Below, piece by piece: positions 28,293 through 41,396 of a stretch of 64,000 nt of DNA. Both the position numbers and the translations under genes were made by a program. Below the pieces are notes generated by a model, which saw only the letters and a list, made by a program, of their open reading frames with translations, ran no database searches and had not been told where the DNA came from. Origin of the DNA: Eledone cirrhosa (Eukaryota); NCBI GenBank assembly GCA_964016885.1, contig OZ024747.1:69750001-69814000 (forward strand), in the 5' to 3' direction. Within the stretch, counting starts at the first letter, position 1, and the number at the start of each line of letters is the position of its first letter.

Positions 28293-28458
28293 TAACAAAG
28301 GAAATGTGGTAAGGAACCAGATGGACCATAACGCACCAAAGTACTCAATACTTAGGGTAGTAGAGTGGGTAATAAGAATAAGTAGGACCCCGATGGCTGA
28401 GCTGAAGCCATTTCGACGGCTAATTCTGGTCTAAAATTTTAGTCAAGAATTAGCCTTC
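28293..28458 (-). mobile_element. Family E short element carrying the 3' half of an HHR and a fold-back end
   Basis: Minus strand: long hairpin GGCTAATTC...GAATTAGCC, then GTC-GAAA-TGGCT tcagctc AGCCA-TC-GGGGTCCT; copies at 45822-45953, 47129-47305 and a variant at 63905-64000. Confidence 0.72.
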
Positions 28459-28499
28459 GGGGTCCTACTTGTTCCTATATATATATATATATATATTTT

Positions 28500-28830
28500 C
28501 ATTTTCTTTTCATTTCATTTTACGTCCACTTTTCCCTGCTTGCAAGGTTGGGACGGGAACTGATTCTGGCTTGATTTCTACAGCTGGATGCCCTTCCTAA
28601 CACCAACCTCATTTACAGTGAGTGCTGGGTGCTTTTTTGCCGTGGGACCTCCACGACCACTTTGCAGTGGAATGATATGGACCCCAGTCCCTATCATTTC
28701 TACAGCTGAGTAAACTAGAGCAATGTGAAATAAAGTGTCTTGCTCCAGGAAACAACACATCACCCGGTCTGAGAATTGAACTCACAACCTTTCGATTGCA
28801 AGGCCAATGCTCTAACCACTAAGCCATGAG

Positions 28831-28834
<4 letters not shown>
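28500..28834 (-). mobile_element. SINE family A, full length
   Basis: Reverse complement of 59710-60055. Confidence 0.92.
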
Positions 28835-28870
<36 letters not shown>

Positions 28871-28875
<5 letters not shown>

Positions 28876-29000
28876 CGTCGTTTAACGTCCATGTTCCACG
28901 CTTGCACGGGTTTGGACGGGAGTTTTCCCACTTGAGGCAAGAGTGGTTGTCATTGCTCGCATAGGGCTGTCTGGCGGGTTTGCTACAGCTGGATGCCCTT
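28871..29000 (-). mobile_element. RTE family 1 3' tail fragment
   Basis: Reverse complement of the last ~130 nt of family 1 copies. Confidence 0.88.
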
Positions 29001-29320
29001 CATAAATATACATATATATATATATATATATATACATCTATATATATATACATAAATATATGTATATATATATACATAAATATATGTATATATATATATA
29101 TACATAAATATATGTATATATATATATATATATTTACATAAATATATACACATATATATACATAAATATATATATATATATATACATAAATATATGTATA
29201 TATATATATATACATAAATATATGTATATATATATATTTACATAAATAAATCTGTATATATATATATAAATATATATACATATATATATACATAAATATA
29301 TATTTATGTATATATATGTA

Positions 29321-29358
<38 letters not shown>

Positions 29359-29501
29359 CATAAATATATATATATGTATATATATATATATACATGTATA
29401 TATACATAAATATATATATATGTATATATATATATATACATATATATATACATAAATATATATATATGTATATATATATATATACATATATATATACATA
29501 A

Positions 29502-29532
<31 letters not shown>

Positions 29533-29547
29533 TACATATATATATTC

Positions 29548-29580
<33 letters not shown>
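29001..29580. repeat. Compound (TA)n array with CATAAAT motif
   Basis: Direct reading. Confidence 0.95.
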
Positions 29581-29585
<5 letters not shown>

Positions 29586-32386
29586 TTACCAGAAGACGTG
29601 ACAGAGTGTCTGTTGTAAACACTAAATCCCTCCCCCATGAAGAATGCACCTCCCAACATAGACTGATAATTAGCGACCTCATAGTCAGGACGAAACGTAC
29701 TCGACAACAGAAGAGGACTATCCTCAGGAGGAAAATATGGAAGCTAAAGGACCCCACAGCCAGGAATAAATTTCAAAGCATATTACTTGATGCTTTCGAC
29801 AGTAAGGAAGAACATTTAGAGTCGGACAATATAGAGGGAGAGTGGGAATTTCTGAAAGCAAACCTGCTGTTGGCGACAGACGAAGTCTGTGGCTGGAGCA
29901 GGCCTGTAGGCAGGAGGAGAGTAACATGGTGGTGGAACAGTAAGGTGGAGGGGTCAATTAAGGCCAAAAAGCAGGCTTGGAAAGTATGGCGGGATGGGGG
30001 AAGTAGAGAGGACTATCAAGTGGCCAGGAGGGAAGCTAGGAGACAAGTGTACTTAGCAAGAAGGGAAGCTGAGGAAAGAAAGTTCAAGCATGTTCTACAA
30101 CGCGATGACCAAAAACGTGAGGTGTTCAGGATTGCTAGGCAATGCGTCAAGGAAAACCGTGATATTGTCGGGGAGAAGTGTGTACTAAACGACGATGGCA
30201 CACTTGCCATCACCGACGCTGATAAGAAGGTAGCTTGGAAGTGTCACTATGAAAGGCTACTAAATGAGGAGAATAATTGGGAGAAAGGCAGTCTCCCCCA
30301 TATCGACCCAATAGAGGGACCAGCAGTGTTAGTCGAGGGGAGTATAATAAGTAAGGCAATCAAGGATATGAAGACTGGTAAGGCGGCTGGGCCTTCGGAA
30401 ATAGTTGCTGAGATGCTGAAGGCATCTGGCACGGTGGGACACACCATGGTCACCCGCATAGTTAACCAAGTCGTACAGAATGGGGTTGTTCCGAAGGACT
30501 GGCATAGCAGCATCATCGTTAACTGTTATAAGGGTAAAGGAGACGCCCTAGATAGGAGTAACTATAGAGGCATTAAATTAATCGACCAGGTCATGAAGGT
30601 CACGGAAAAAGTAATAGCGCAACTAATCAGAGAGAGAATTGACCTAGATGAAATGCAGTTCGGGTTTGTGTCAGCCAAAAGTACCACAGACGCTCTTTTC
30701 ATAGTACGACAACTACAGGAGAAGTACCTAGCTAAAGGTAAACCCCTCTACTTAGCTTTTGTCGACTTGGAGAAAGCCTTCGACAGAGTCCCCCGCTCCA
30801 TTATCTGGTGGGCTCTTAGAAAACTAGGCGTTGACGAATGGCTTGTGAGGGCTATACAAGCCATGTATAAAGAAACAGTCAGCAAGGTTAGAATTAACAA
30901 CGAATATAGTGAAGAGTTTAGCGTAAAAGTTGGCGTCCATCAGGGCTCTGTTCTCAGTCCACTACTATTTATTATTGCCCTTCAGGCTATAACAGAGGAG
31001 TTCAAGACAGGCTGCCCATGGGAACTCCTATACGCAGACGACCTGACACTCATAGCGGAATCAATGGCCGAGCTAGAGAAGAAATTCCAAACATGGAAGC
31101 ACGGCCTAGAGTCAAAAGGACTTAAAATTAACCTGGCTAAGACCAAAGTACTAGTTTGTAGGAAAGAAAACAAGGCGGCGGTCCCTTCTGGAAAATGGTC
31201 GTGCTCGGTGTGTAGGAAAGGCGTAGGTAGAAACTCCATTTTATGTCCTAAATGCAAAGTATGGGTGCATAAAAGATGTAGTGGGATCACAGGTAAGCTA
31301 ACTAAGAACATAGATTTTACATGTGGCCGGTGCTCTGGTGCAATAAGTAGCAGCAAGTGCCCACAAACTACTAGCTCTTTCAATTGCGCAGAGGGTTCTA
31401 TAGAAATAGTGGACAGCTTCCGTTACCTGGGCGATAAAATCAGCAGTGGGGGAGGGTGCTCTGAAAGTACTGTAGCTAGAGTCAGAACTGGTTGGAAAAA
31501 GTTCAGAGAGCTTATACCACTATTAGCTGCTAAAGGGTTCTCACTAAAAATGAAAGGCAGGTTGTACGATGCCTGCATACGAACAACAATGCTGCATGGC
31601 AGTGAGACCTGGGCATTGTGTGCAGAGGATATACGCAGACTAGAGAGGAACGAAGCTTGCATGCTCCGCTGGATGTGTAACAGTAATATACGTGAACGGC
31701 AAAGCATAAACGAACTAAGGAAAAAATTAGAGATAAGAGGGATCAGATGTTGTTTACTCGAGAGAAGGCTACGTTGGTATGGACACGTGATGCGCATGAA
31801 AGTCGATAGCTGTATAACAAAGTGCAGGGCAATAAAGATAGACGGTAGTCACGGAATAGGCAGACCTAGAAAAACCTGGGACGAGCTGATAAACTCCGAC
31901 ATCACACACTTACACCTCTCCAAGACAATGTCACTGGACCGAGACCTTTGGCGGTACTCAGTAACAGAGAAGACCCGCCTTACCTAAATATATAGTAAAA
32001 CCTACTCCAGCCAGTAGGCATCTCTAACAAAATACACCCCGTCCCACCACCACCACCCCCACCCGATCCACACCACCCCGTTCTATGTAAAGTTATGTTG
32101 GTGCCGCGCCATCGAGGCCGAAACAAATGAGATTGTGTAGGTGTCACGACAAAAAAACACACAGTCCACGCTGTAATGTGGCCGTGTAGGCAACACGGTA
32201 AAAACCTCCCAGACCCACACTGTAAATGTGGTTGGTGTTAGGAAGGGCATCCAACTGTAGAAAACCTGCCAGACAGTCCTATGCGAGCAAGACAATCACT
32301 CTTGCCTCAAGTGGGACTACCCCCGTCCAAACCCATGCAAGCGTGGAACACGGACGTTAAACGTTGATGATGATGATGATGATGAT
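29581..32386 (+). mobile_element. Young RTE-clade LINE, 2.8 kb, 5'-truncated within the APE endonuclease
   Basis: Starts at (DY)ILT...SQHRL (end of APE); uninterrupted ORF; ~400-nt 3' UTR; (GAT)n tail; TA-flanked. Confidence 0.97.
29606..31987 (+). CDS. RTE LINE ORF (partial): APE C-terminus, reverse transcriptase with PHD-type zinc-finger insert
   Basis: [55 protein letters not shown]4HC3 cluster, [20 protein letters not shown]. The frame is open upstream of the listed start, so the true start is lost. Confidence 0.95.
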   Translation: MSVVNTKSLPHEECTSQHRLIISDLIVRTKRTRQQKRTILRRKIWKLKDPTARNKFQSILLDAFDSKEEHLESDNIEGEWEFLKANLLLATDEVCGWSRPVGRRRVTWWWNSKVEGSIKAKKQAWKVWRDGGSREDYQVARREARRQVYLARREAEERKFKHVLQRDDQKREVFRIARQCVKENRDIVGEKCVLNDDGTLAITDADKKVAWKCHYERLLNEENNWEKGSLPHIDPIEGPAVLVEGSIISKAIKDMKTGKAAGPSEIVAEMLKASGTVGHTMVTRIVNQVVQNGVVPKDWHSSIIVNCYKGKGDALDRSNYRGIKLIDQVMKVTEKVIAQLIRERIDLDEMQFGFVSAKSTTDALFIVRQLQEKYLAKGKPLYLAFVDLEKAFDRVPRSIIWWALRKLGVDEWLVRAIQAMYKETVSKVRINNEYSEEFSVKVGVHQGSVLSPLLFIIALQAITEEFKTGCPWELLYADDLTLIAESMAELEKKFQTWKHGLESKGLKINLAKTKVLVCRKENKAAVPSGKWSCSVCRKGVGRNSILCPKCKVWVHKRCSGITGKLTKNIDFTCGRCSGAISSSKCPQTTSSFNCAEGSIEIVDSFRYLGDKISSGGGCSESTVARVRTGWKKFRELIPLLAAKGFSLKMKGRLYDACIRTTMLHGSETWALCAEDIRRLERNEACMLRWMCNSNIRERQSINELRKKLEIRGIRCCLLERRLRWYGHVMRMKVDSCITKCRAIKIDGSHGIGRPRKTWDELINSDITHLHLSKTMSLDRDLWRYSVTEKTRLT

Positions 32387-32411
32387 ATATATATATATAT
32401 ATATATATATA

Positions 32412-32546
32412 GTAATAATAATAAATTTGAAGACTAAAATCCAAAGAGGGCTCGATAAGTATAAACATATATATTTTTCAGAAGATGCCGTTAAGGTTGA
32501 AAGCAGCGATTATTTGCTTCAACCCTAATCTGTTAATTTAATAAGT
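32412..32546 (+). mobile_element. Family C HHR-like element (deleted copy)
   Basis: CAGAAGA tgcc gttaa ggtt GAAA gca...tgc TT; homologous to 1931-2080. Confidence 0.75.
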
Positions 32547-32584
32547 ATATATATATATATTTACATATATATATATATACCTAA

Positions 32585-33979
32585 ATCATCATCATCATCA
32601 TCATCATCATTTTACGTCCGCCTTTCCCTGCTTGCAAGGGTGGGACGGGTCTTATTCAACACTGCATCTCTCCACTCGTCACGGTCCCTTGTCATCTCCA
32701 CCGTGAGCTTCAATGATCTGAGGTCTGTTCTCACCACATCCGCCAATGTTTTTCGTGGTCTACCTCTACCACGTCTTCCTTCAACTAGCAATTCCTGGCA
32801 CTTCTTCACCCATCGGTCATCCTCCATGCGCATCACATGTCCATACCAACTCAGTCTCCTCTCCCGTACACTACATTCTATCCCTCTCAGACACAGTTTC
32901 TCTCTCAACACATTTATGCTGGGTTGTTCACGCATATTTACACTGCACATCCAATGGAGCATGCTTGCCTCATTTCTTTCCAGCCGTCACATATTCTCTG
33001 CAGTTGCTGCCCATGTGTCACTACCATGCAGCATTGCGCTCCTCACACAGGCATCATACAACCGGCCTTTCGTACGCAGGGAGAAACCTTTCTTCATCAA
33101 CAGAGGAAGCAGCTCCCTAAACTTCTTCCAACCCGTCCTTATTCTAGATACTATGGCCTCGGAACACCCTCCTCCCATGCTAATCTGATCTCCTAGGTAC
33201 CGGAAGCTATCCACCACTTCTATAGCGCCCTCTTGCATTTGAAAAATGTGTCTATCAGTGCGACTTCTACTGTCTAATTTCCCTGTACATCTACTGCATA
33301 CATATTTCTCCCTACCTGTTAGTTTGCCTGCTATCCCGCTACATCTCTTGTGTACCCAGGATCTGCATTGTGTGCATTTTATAGAATTTATGCCAGTTCC
33401 TTTTCTGCATATCGAACATGGCCATTTCCCTGACGGAATCAGGGTTTTGTCCTCTTTTCTAGTCATCAACACTTTTGTCTTAGCTAGATTCACTCTCAGT
33501 CCTCTTGCTTCCAACTGCTGTTTCCATAGCCAGAATTTATTCTCTAGCTCCTCTACTGATTCTGCTATAAGAACCAGATCGTCAGCATAGAGAAGTTCCC
33601 ATGGACAGCCAGTCTTAAACTCCTCTGTTATGGCTTGGAGGACTATAATGAACAAGAGCAGGCTGAGGACCGAACCCTGATGTACTCCTACTTGTATCTG
33701 GAATTCCTCACTAAACTCCATTCCTACCCTGACTTTACTGAGAGTACCTCTGTACAAAGTTTGCACTGTCCTCACAAGCCATTCCTCAACACCTAGCTTC
33801 CTTAGGGACCACCAGATGACAGATCGGGGTACCCTATCAAAGGCCTTCTCTAGGTCAACAAAGGCTAAGTATAGTGGCTTATTCTACTCTAAGAACCCCT
33901 CTCGCAATTGTCTCACCAAGAAGAGGGCATCTGTTGTACTCTTCCCAGGCACAAACCCAAACTGCATCTCATCTAGTTA
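32585..33979 (-). mobile_element. RTE LINE, distinct family, 5'-truncated, with a frameshift near 32980
   Basis: [23 protein letters not shown]-like Cys cluster, YLG and GRPRKT; ORF runs to the (GAT)n tail with almost no UTR. Confidence 0.95.
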
Positions 33980-33986
33980 TATATAT

Positions 33987-35143
33987 ATAAAATAATACAA
34001 CTGGCTTTTCCACATAATACATATTGTTAGCACCCCAAACACTTAAATTGGGTTTATATTAAAATATAACCTAATGTTTGTTGAGTGAGATGGTTACCAG
34101 TCAGAGATTAGCTTTAAACTATCTCTGTTATTGTATTAATATTTTACTCTTGATTGGCCAGAGGTGTTTATTTCCAGGTACCTTATAAATTTGACTTTCC
34201 GTATTTATTACTGTTGTGCGATATTGTGGTTTTTATTGGTTGTAACTTCTCTGTTTTTTAGCCTAAGGAAATATATATATGCCTATGTATATAATTACAT
34301 GCATACATTTAGTTTTTTTTATTAATTGAGTTCTTTGCACGAAGAATTGATATTGGTTTTGAAATAACTAATTAACCCGCGTGTGTTTTATATTTTACTC
34401 TTAATTCGGCCGGAGATTTACATTCCCATTTGCCCTTTAAAGCATAACTCTCCGTATTTACTACGGTTACGAGACGCGGTCTCTTATTCGGGTACAACCT
34501 CTGATTTTAGCCTAAGAAAATATCTATATGCGTGTGTAATTTATACACGCATATATTTATTTTTTTTAATTTCAATTGAGTTCTTAAACACGTTGGATTG
34601 ATAATGTTTTCGAAAAAACTGATTAACCCGCGTGTATATTATTATTTTTTTTCCTCATTTCGTGGATCGTAGTTATCTCCCCTTCCCGCTTAGTGACGCT
34701 ATAATACTTCCTCAGTCAAAAACTGCTGGAATTTCAAATTTGCGGGTCATTCGATGCGTGAGGGAGCAACTTAACAGACACGATTTTTAACTGCGGAAAG
34801 AAAAATTTTTTTCTCTTATATCAAAGTTTAATGGGCTTCCACTGATGATTTATAAACGCCCACCTAAATATACTCTTACATGAATGTATATTAGGCTTCT
34901 ACATAAACTGGAAATATTCTCCGAATTTGTAGAAAACTTATAATGAAACAATTGTTTGGAAAGAGAGATATATTTTAACTTTAATTATATCTCATAAAAT
35001 AATACAACTGACTTTTCCACATAATACATATTGTTAGCAACCCAAACACTTAAATTGGGTTTATATTAAAATATAACCTAATGTTTGTTGAGTGAGATGG
35101 TTACCAGTCAGAGATTAGCTTTAAACTATCTCTGTTATTGTAT
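33987..35143 (+). mobile_element. Non-coding element with 150-bp terminal direct repeats (period 1007 bp), two internal 251-bp repeats and a decayed HHR-like motif
   Basis: 33987-34136 matches 34994-35143 with 2 mismatches; 34140-34390 resembles 34391-34640; CTGATGA at 34842 and GAAA at 34911. Confidence 0.75.
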
Positions 35144-35275
35144 GAATATATATATATATATATATATATTTACATATACAAATATATATATGTATATATA
35201 CATATATTTATGGAAAACTTGAACTGATAAGGTATATTTTCCTTGTTTATGTCAAAATTTATAAAACACACTTCG

Positions 35276-35336
35276 TATTTTATCTGATGATAGCGTACCA
35301 AAGTTTTGGTACCCTTAAAATATATATAATAGAATA
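35276..35336 (+). ncRNA. Decayed type I hammerhead (GAAA changed to AAAA), family D
   Basis: TATTTTAT-CTGATGA-tagcGTACCAA agtt TTGGTACcctt-AAAA-TATATA-TA-ATAGAATA. Confidence 0.7.
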
Positions 35337-36125
35337 AATATCGTTTTATAAATATCGTTTCCATTTATTTAATATCATTGAATATTATATTCCAGAAAAC
35401 CTATCGAGTGCTCTGAATCAGTCATAAACATTTATATTTGTTGAATTCCAACAAATTGAATATCCTTTCTGCTTATACATATATATATACATACAAAAAT
35501 ATATATATACATATATAAATACATACATAAATATATATATATATATACGATATTAAATAAATGGAAACTATATTTATATGGTTTTATAAATATAGTTTCC
35601 ATTTATTTAATATCGTATATCTACTCCAAAAACTTGTCGAGTGCTTTATATCAGTTATAAAATATTTACTTGTTGTATCCCAACAATTTTAAATAGAACT
35701 TTTGCATATATATATATACATATATAAAATACATACATAAATATATATATATATATTTACATATAAATACATACATAAATATATATACATACATATATAA
35801 ATACATACATAAATATATATATATACATATAAATACATACATAAATATATATATATATACATATATAAATACACACATAAATATATATATACATAAATAA
35901 ATACACATATATATTTTTATATATACATAAATATATATATATATATGCAAAAGTTCTATTTAAATTGTTGGGATACAACAAGTAAATATTTTATAACTGA
36001 TATAAAGCACTCGACAAGTATTTGGAGTAGATATACGATATACGACTATCCTTATGTCTTCCAAATCTAACGGTCGCATTTTGAAAGGGTACGTCAATGT
36101 TTATTTATAAAACAGGTATATATTG

Positions 36126-36190
36126 TATTTTGTCTGATGAAGGCATACCATAATTTAACTTGGTATCCTTGAAATATGTATAATGAAATA
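36126..36190 (+). ncRNA. Type I hammerhead ribozyme with intact core, family D
   Basis: TATTTTGT-CTGATGA-AGGCATACCA loop TGGTATCCTT-GAAA-TATGTA-TA-ATGAAATA; 8-bp stem I, 10-bp stem II with one mismatch, minimal self-complementary stem III; stems covary with the 35276 copy. Confidence 0.82.
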
Positions 36191-36226
36191 AATATGCTTT
36201 TATAAATATAGTTTCCATTTATTAAT

Positions 36227-36280
<54 letters not shown>

Positions 36281-36281
<1 letters not shown>

Positions 36282-36383
36282 TTATTAAAATAACAGATCA
36301 AAATTTAAGCAAAGAATCGGTGCTTTCACCCTTAACAGGATCTTCTGAAACTAAAAAACATTTTAGTCTTCAAATTTTATTAT

Positions 36384-36390
<7 letters not shown>
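36281..36390 (-). mobile_element. Family C HHR-like element with intact fold at 36302-36352
   Basis: Minus strand: AGTTT-CAGAAGA-tCCT gttaa GGGt-GAAA-GCA ccgattctt TGC-TT-AAATT. Confidence 0.75.
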
Positions 36391-36421
<31 letters not shown>

Positions 36422-36427
<6 letters not shown>

Positions 36428-38367
36428 CATGGTCACCCGGATAGTAAACCAAGTCATACAGAATGGGGTTGTTCTGAAGGACTGGCGTAGCAGCATCATC
36501 ATTAACTGTTACAAGGGTAATGGAGATGCCCTAGATAGGAGTAACTATAGAGGCATTAAATTAATCGATCAGGTCATGAAGGTCACGGAAAAAGTAATAG
36601 CGCAACTAATCAGAGAGAGAATTGATCTAGATGAAATGCAGTTCGGGTTTGTGTCAGGCAAAAGTACCACAGACGCTCTTTTCATTGTACAACAACTACA
36701 GGAGAAGTACCTAGCTAAAAGTAAACCCCTATACTTAGCTTTTGTCGACTTGGAGAAAGCCTTCGACAGAGTCCTCCGTTCCATTATCTGGTGGGCTCTT
36801 AGAAAACTAGGTGTTGACGAATGGCTTGTGAGAGCTATACAAGCCATGTATAAAGAAACAGTCAGCAAGGTTAGAATTAACAACGAATATAGTGAAGAGT
36901 TTAGCGTAAAAGTTGGTGTTCATCAGGGCTCTGTTCTTAGCCCCCTACTATTTATTATTGCCCTTCAGGCTATAACAGTGGAGTTCAAGACCGGTTGCTC
37001 ATGGGAACTCCTATACGCAAATGATCTAACGCTCATAGCTGAATCAATGGCCGAGCTAGGGAAGAAATTCCAAACATGGAAGCACGGCCTAGAATCAAAA
37101 GGCCTTAAAATTAACCTGGCTAAGACTAAAGTTCTAGTTTGTAGGAAAGAAAATAAGGCGCCGGTCCCTTCCGGGAAATGGCCATGCTCAGTGTGTAGGA
37201 AAGGCGTAGGTAGAAACTCCATTTTATGTCCCAAATGCAAAGTATGGGTGCATAAAAGATGTAGTGGGATCACAGGTAAGCTAACTAAGAACATAGATTT
37301 TACATGTGGCCGGTGCTCTGGTGCAATAAGTAGCAGCAGCAAGTGCCCACAAAATACTAGCTCTTTCAATTGCGCAGAGGGTTCTATAGAAATAGTGGAC
37401 AGCTTCCGTTACCTGGGTGACAAAATCAGCAGTGGGGGAGGGTGCTCTGAAAGTACAGTAGCTAGAGTCAGAACTGGATGGAAAAAGTTCAGAGAGCTTA
37501 TACCACTATTAGCCACTAAAGGGCTCTCCCTAAAAATGAAAGGCAGGTTGTATGAAGCCTGCATACGAACAGCAATGTTGCATGGCAGTGAGACCTGGGC
37601 ATTGTGTGCAGAGGATATACGCAGACTAGAGAGGTACAAAGCTTGCATGCTCCACTGGATGTGTAATAGTAATATACGTGAACGGCAAAGCATAAACGAA
37701 CTAAGGAAAAAATTAGAAATAAGAGGGATCAGATGTTGTTTACTTGAGAGAAGGCTACGTTGGTATGGTCACGTGATGCGCATGAAAGACGACAGCTGTA
37801 TAACAAAGTGCAGGGCAATAAAGATAGATGGTAGCCACGGAGTAGGCAGACCCAGAAAACCCTGGGACGACCTGATAAATTCCGACCTCACACACTTACA
37901 CCTCTCCAAGACAATGTCACTGGACCGAGATCTTTGGCGGTACGTAGTAATAGAGAAGACCCGCCTTAGCTAAATACAAAGTAAAACCTACTACAGTCAG
38001 TAGGCATCTCTAACAAAATGCACCTCCGTCCCACCACCCCCACCCCATCCACACCGCCCCTTTCAATGTAAAGTTATGTTGGTGCCACAACATCTAGGCC
38101 GAAACAAATTAGATCGTGTAGGTCTCACGACAAAAAAACACACAGTCCACACTGTAATGTGGCCGTGTAGGCAACACGGTAAAAACCTCCCAGTCCCACA
38201 CTGTAAATGTGGTTGGTGTTAGGAAGGGCATCCAGCTGTAGAAAACCCGCCAGACAGTCCTATGCGAGCAAGACAATCACTCTTGCCTCAAGTGGGAAAA
38301 CCCCCGTCCAAACCCATGCAAGCGTGGAACACGGACGTTAAACGATGATGATGATGATGATGATGAT
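36422..38367 (+). mobile_element. RTE LINE, 5'-truncated, 1.9 kb (family 1); ORF 36429-37973 with YADD changed to YAND
   Basis: 514-aa ORF colinear with 29606-31987; a catalytic Asp is substituted; (GAT)n tail. Confidence 0.96.
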
Positions 38368-38738
38368 TTACATATCTATATTTACATATATATATATATT
38401 TACACATACACACATATATATATATACATTTACATATGTATATATATATACATTTACATATAATACATATATATATATACATTTACATATATATATATAT
38501 ATAGTTACAAATATATATTTACATATATATATGTACATATATATATATTTACATATATATATGTACATATATATATTTACATATATATATGTATATATAT
38601 ATATATTTACATATTTACATATATATATGTATATATATATATTTACATATATATATGTATATATATATATATTTACATATATATATGTATATATATATAT
38701 ATATTTACATATATATATGTCTATATATATATATTTAC

Positions 38739-38769
<31 letters not shown>

Positions 38770-38830
38770 TACATATATATATGTATATATATATATATAT
38801 TTACATATATATATATGTATATATATATAT
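38368..38830. repeat. Compound (TA)n array with TTTACA motif
   Basis: Direct reading. Confidence 0.95.
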
Positions 38831-39224
38831 CGAATACATACATACATATCCGAACACATGCATATATTCATGTGGGATATATTTGCGTATTTGAATAAAA
38901 ATGTAAATATTTTCTAATCCCTGACTAGTATTCAAATGTTAATGACTAGCTCTGGTTTCATGATGTTGATATACAAGACAAATCTCCCTTCAATAAATTG
39001 TCACTCAATCTAATGTAAAATTACCAAAAATTATATGCCTATTTATAACTACATAAACTGAGGCACATAGAATTATGTATACTAGTCAAATATATATCAA
39101 AATATCAGCTGTATATTTGAAATCAAAACCTAAGACCCTCTTAAATATTATATGTGTAGATCTATATCTGTTCTACATGCATGCATTTCAATATATATAT
39201 ATAGTTATCACAACGAAAATCACC

Positions 39225-39398
39225 CAAAGTTCACTGTAAATGAGATTGGCATTAGGATAGGCATCCAGCTATAGAAACCAACCCCAAATCAGTTCTGTAT
39301 GTGCTAGACATGTTCACCTGACCTAACATTGGCCACAACAGGACAATTTGTCTGACCCATGCAGCATGGAAATATAGACATAAAATGATGATGATGAT
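39225..39398 (+). mobile_element. Older RTE/SINE tail fragment
   Basis: GGCATCCAGCTATAGAA...CCCATGCAGCATGG...(ATG)n. Confidence 0.75.
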
Positions 39399-40339
39399 AA
39401 TTATTTATCGTCAAATTTGTATAAGTATTGTTGTCTTAATATCCTTGTTTACACACTGCTATGATTTGCATGTGAATTACAATATGACATCATTGTAAAT
39501 ATTTAAATTCATTTTCATGTCATCTATGAAACCCAACATTACTAAGTCATACTTAAATAACTCTTTGATTTTCTTTCACTAACTGCTCAGAGGAAATGTT
39601 CATACTATTTGCAGCCCTCATTAACATTACATGTCTATGAATTGTGTAGATATGATGACCCAACATCATTAGAGCTATAGAGAAAAATAGGTGAGAGAAC
39701 TGTACAGATGATATCATTGAAGATAGACTGACCAGCTATATATTATTAGACTGAATCAAACTTTATTCAATACAAGTATTGACTTGGGATTTTCCAAAGT
39801 AAAGAGAAGTGCAAACATGAAAGCACCATTTTGAGCCTAAAATTAGAAGTATAGAGTACACATGAAACTAAGAAAAGAAAAGCTCAGACAGAGTTGATTG
39901 GAGAAACCTTGTTCATATCTTCTGCTCAAAAAAACATTGAGAAATAAAATTAAATAAGCCATTTTATTGAGCATTGTTCAATTGATCTTACCTTTATACA
40001 ATACGACAGAGGAGAATTACTTTGCATCTACATAGAACATATCTATATATATATATATATACCAATTCTTTCCTACATACTCTGAATTACTCAATAATCA
40101 TTTAATACTTAATATATAGCAACAGTAATATTTTGTATGGTGCTGCTTCCAGGATATGTTTAAAGCCACTCTGACCATTCCTGTGTACATTCCATCATGT
40201 TTCTTCTCAAGTCACTTTGTGAATATCCACATAGTAGACCCATACATTACTGACTCCACTGTCACAGGAAGAATTCGCATGGCACTCTGTGCTTGACTTT
40301 TAGCTTCATCAGAATGTACTTAATATTACCTTCTATGTC

Positions 40340-41140
40340 TGTACTGATATAATGTTCATATTTGTCATCAGATGTAGTCATCTCTTAAAGTTATTGGAGG
40401 GCTTCAAACCTGCTTTTAAGGAGAGTGCATACTCTGGGTTTGTCAATGACAGCCCATCATAGCACTTTGGTTTTGTTGAGTGCTTTTTGTTCATTCACAG
40501 ACAATTCTGTGATCAGAAGAAACATGTATTGAAAGCCTCAACTTGTTTGTTACTAGTAAGTAGTCTATCTGTCTTTGGGAGTATATAGTATATGTGATTG
40601 CCCATAATTTCCCCTTTCATTATTGATATTTCATATCGAGGCATAATGGCCCATTTTCTGCAGTGAATTCTTTCAGAGATATTCACTATTCCTATTTGTT
40701 GTATCATAGAAACAGTATTTGTTTATATCTTCCTGACCATTATCAGCATTCATATCTCCCCAAATCATCAAACCATTGTATCTTGGAACTTGGTGTACAC
40801 GAGATGATAACTCATGATAAAAAGTGACAACATCTGTTTCATCAGACACATTAGTTAGACTATAGCAGGAAATGACTGTGGTACGAGGATTGCCATTAAA
40901 AGTTTCTATCATTATTCTTGGTTATATTTTCTCGATATTGTTTAATGACCTGAAAACACGCAGAGGTTGAGAAGCATTCTAACACCTCCTATGACAGAGT
41001 TGTTGGAGCTTTTCCATGCAGATGCTGATATAAAAGTCCATCTATTTCCAGCATCAAGATCTTGGCAGCTATAGCGGTAAAGGTAATTCCTCTATAATTC
41101 TTTGCGATGAAAACAGTGTGACTGAATGCAGATTATGTTA
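40340..41140 (-). pseudogene. Decayed APE endonuclease region of an older RTE-like LINE
   Basis: ...GGV..., MIETFNGNPRTTVISCYSLTNVSDE...FY...GDMNA...TNRNSEYL. Confidence 0.8.
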
Positions 41141-41344
41141 ATGTTCTGTTTAACAGTGGTGAAAGTTTTATCTTCCTTTAAAAGTATAATATTCTAATGC
41201 AAACCTTAATATAACCTGTTAGAGGGCGATCCAAAATGACAAACTAAGATCACAAAAAGGGCTCACGATTTATGTTGGCCTCAGCCGGATGGCTGGAACA
41301 GGTAAAAGAGTATGTGTGTGTGTGTATGTACATACATATTTATT

Positions 41345-41375
<31 letters not shown>

Positions 41376-41396
41376 GTATCATATATATATATACAT

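Larger units (their letters stand above)
35210..36232. mobile_element. Cluster of family D HHR elements with inverted duplications
   Basis: Homologous segments at 35210-35475 (+), 35582-35706 (+), 35945-36040 (-) and 36045-36232 (+); palindrome at 35545-35620. Confidence 0.8.
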
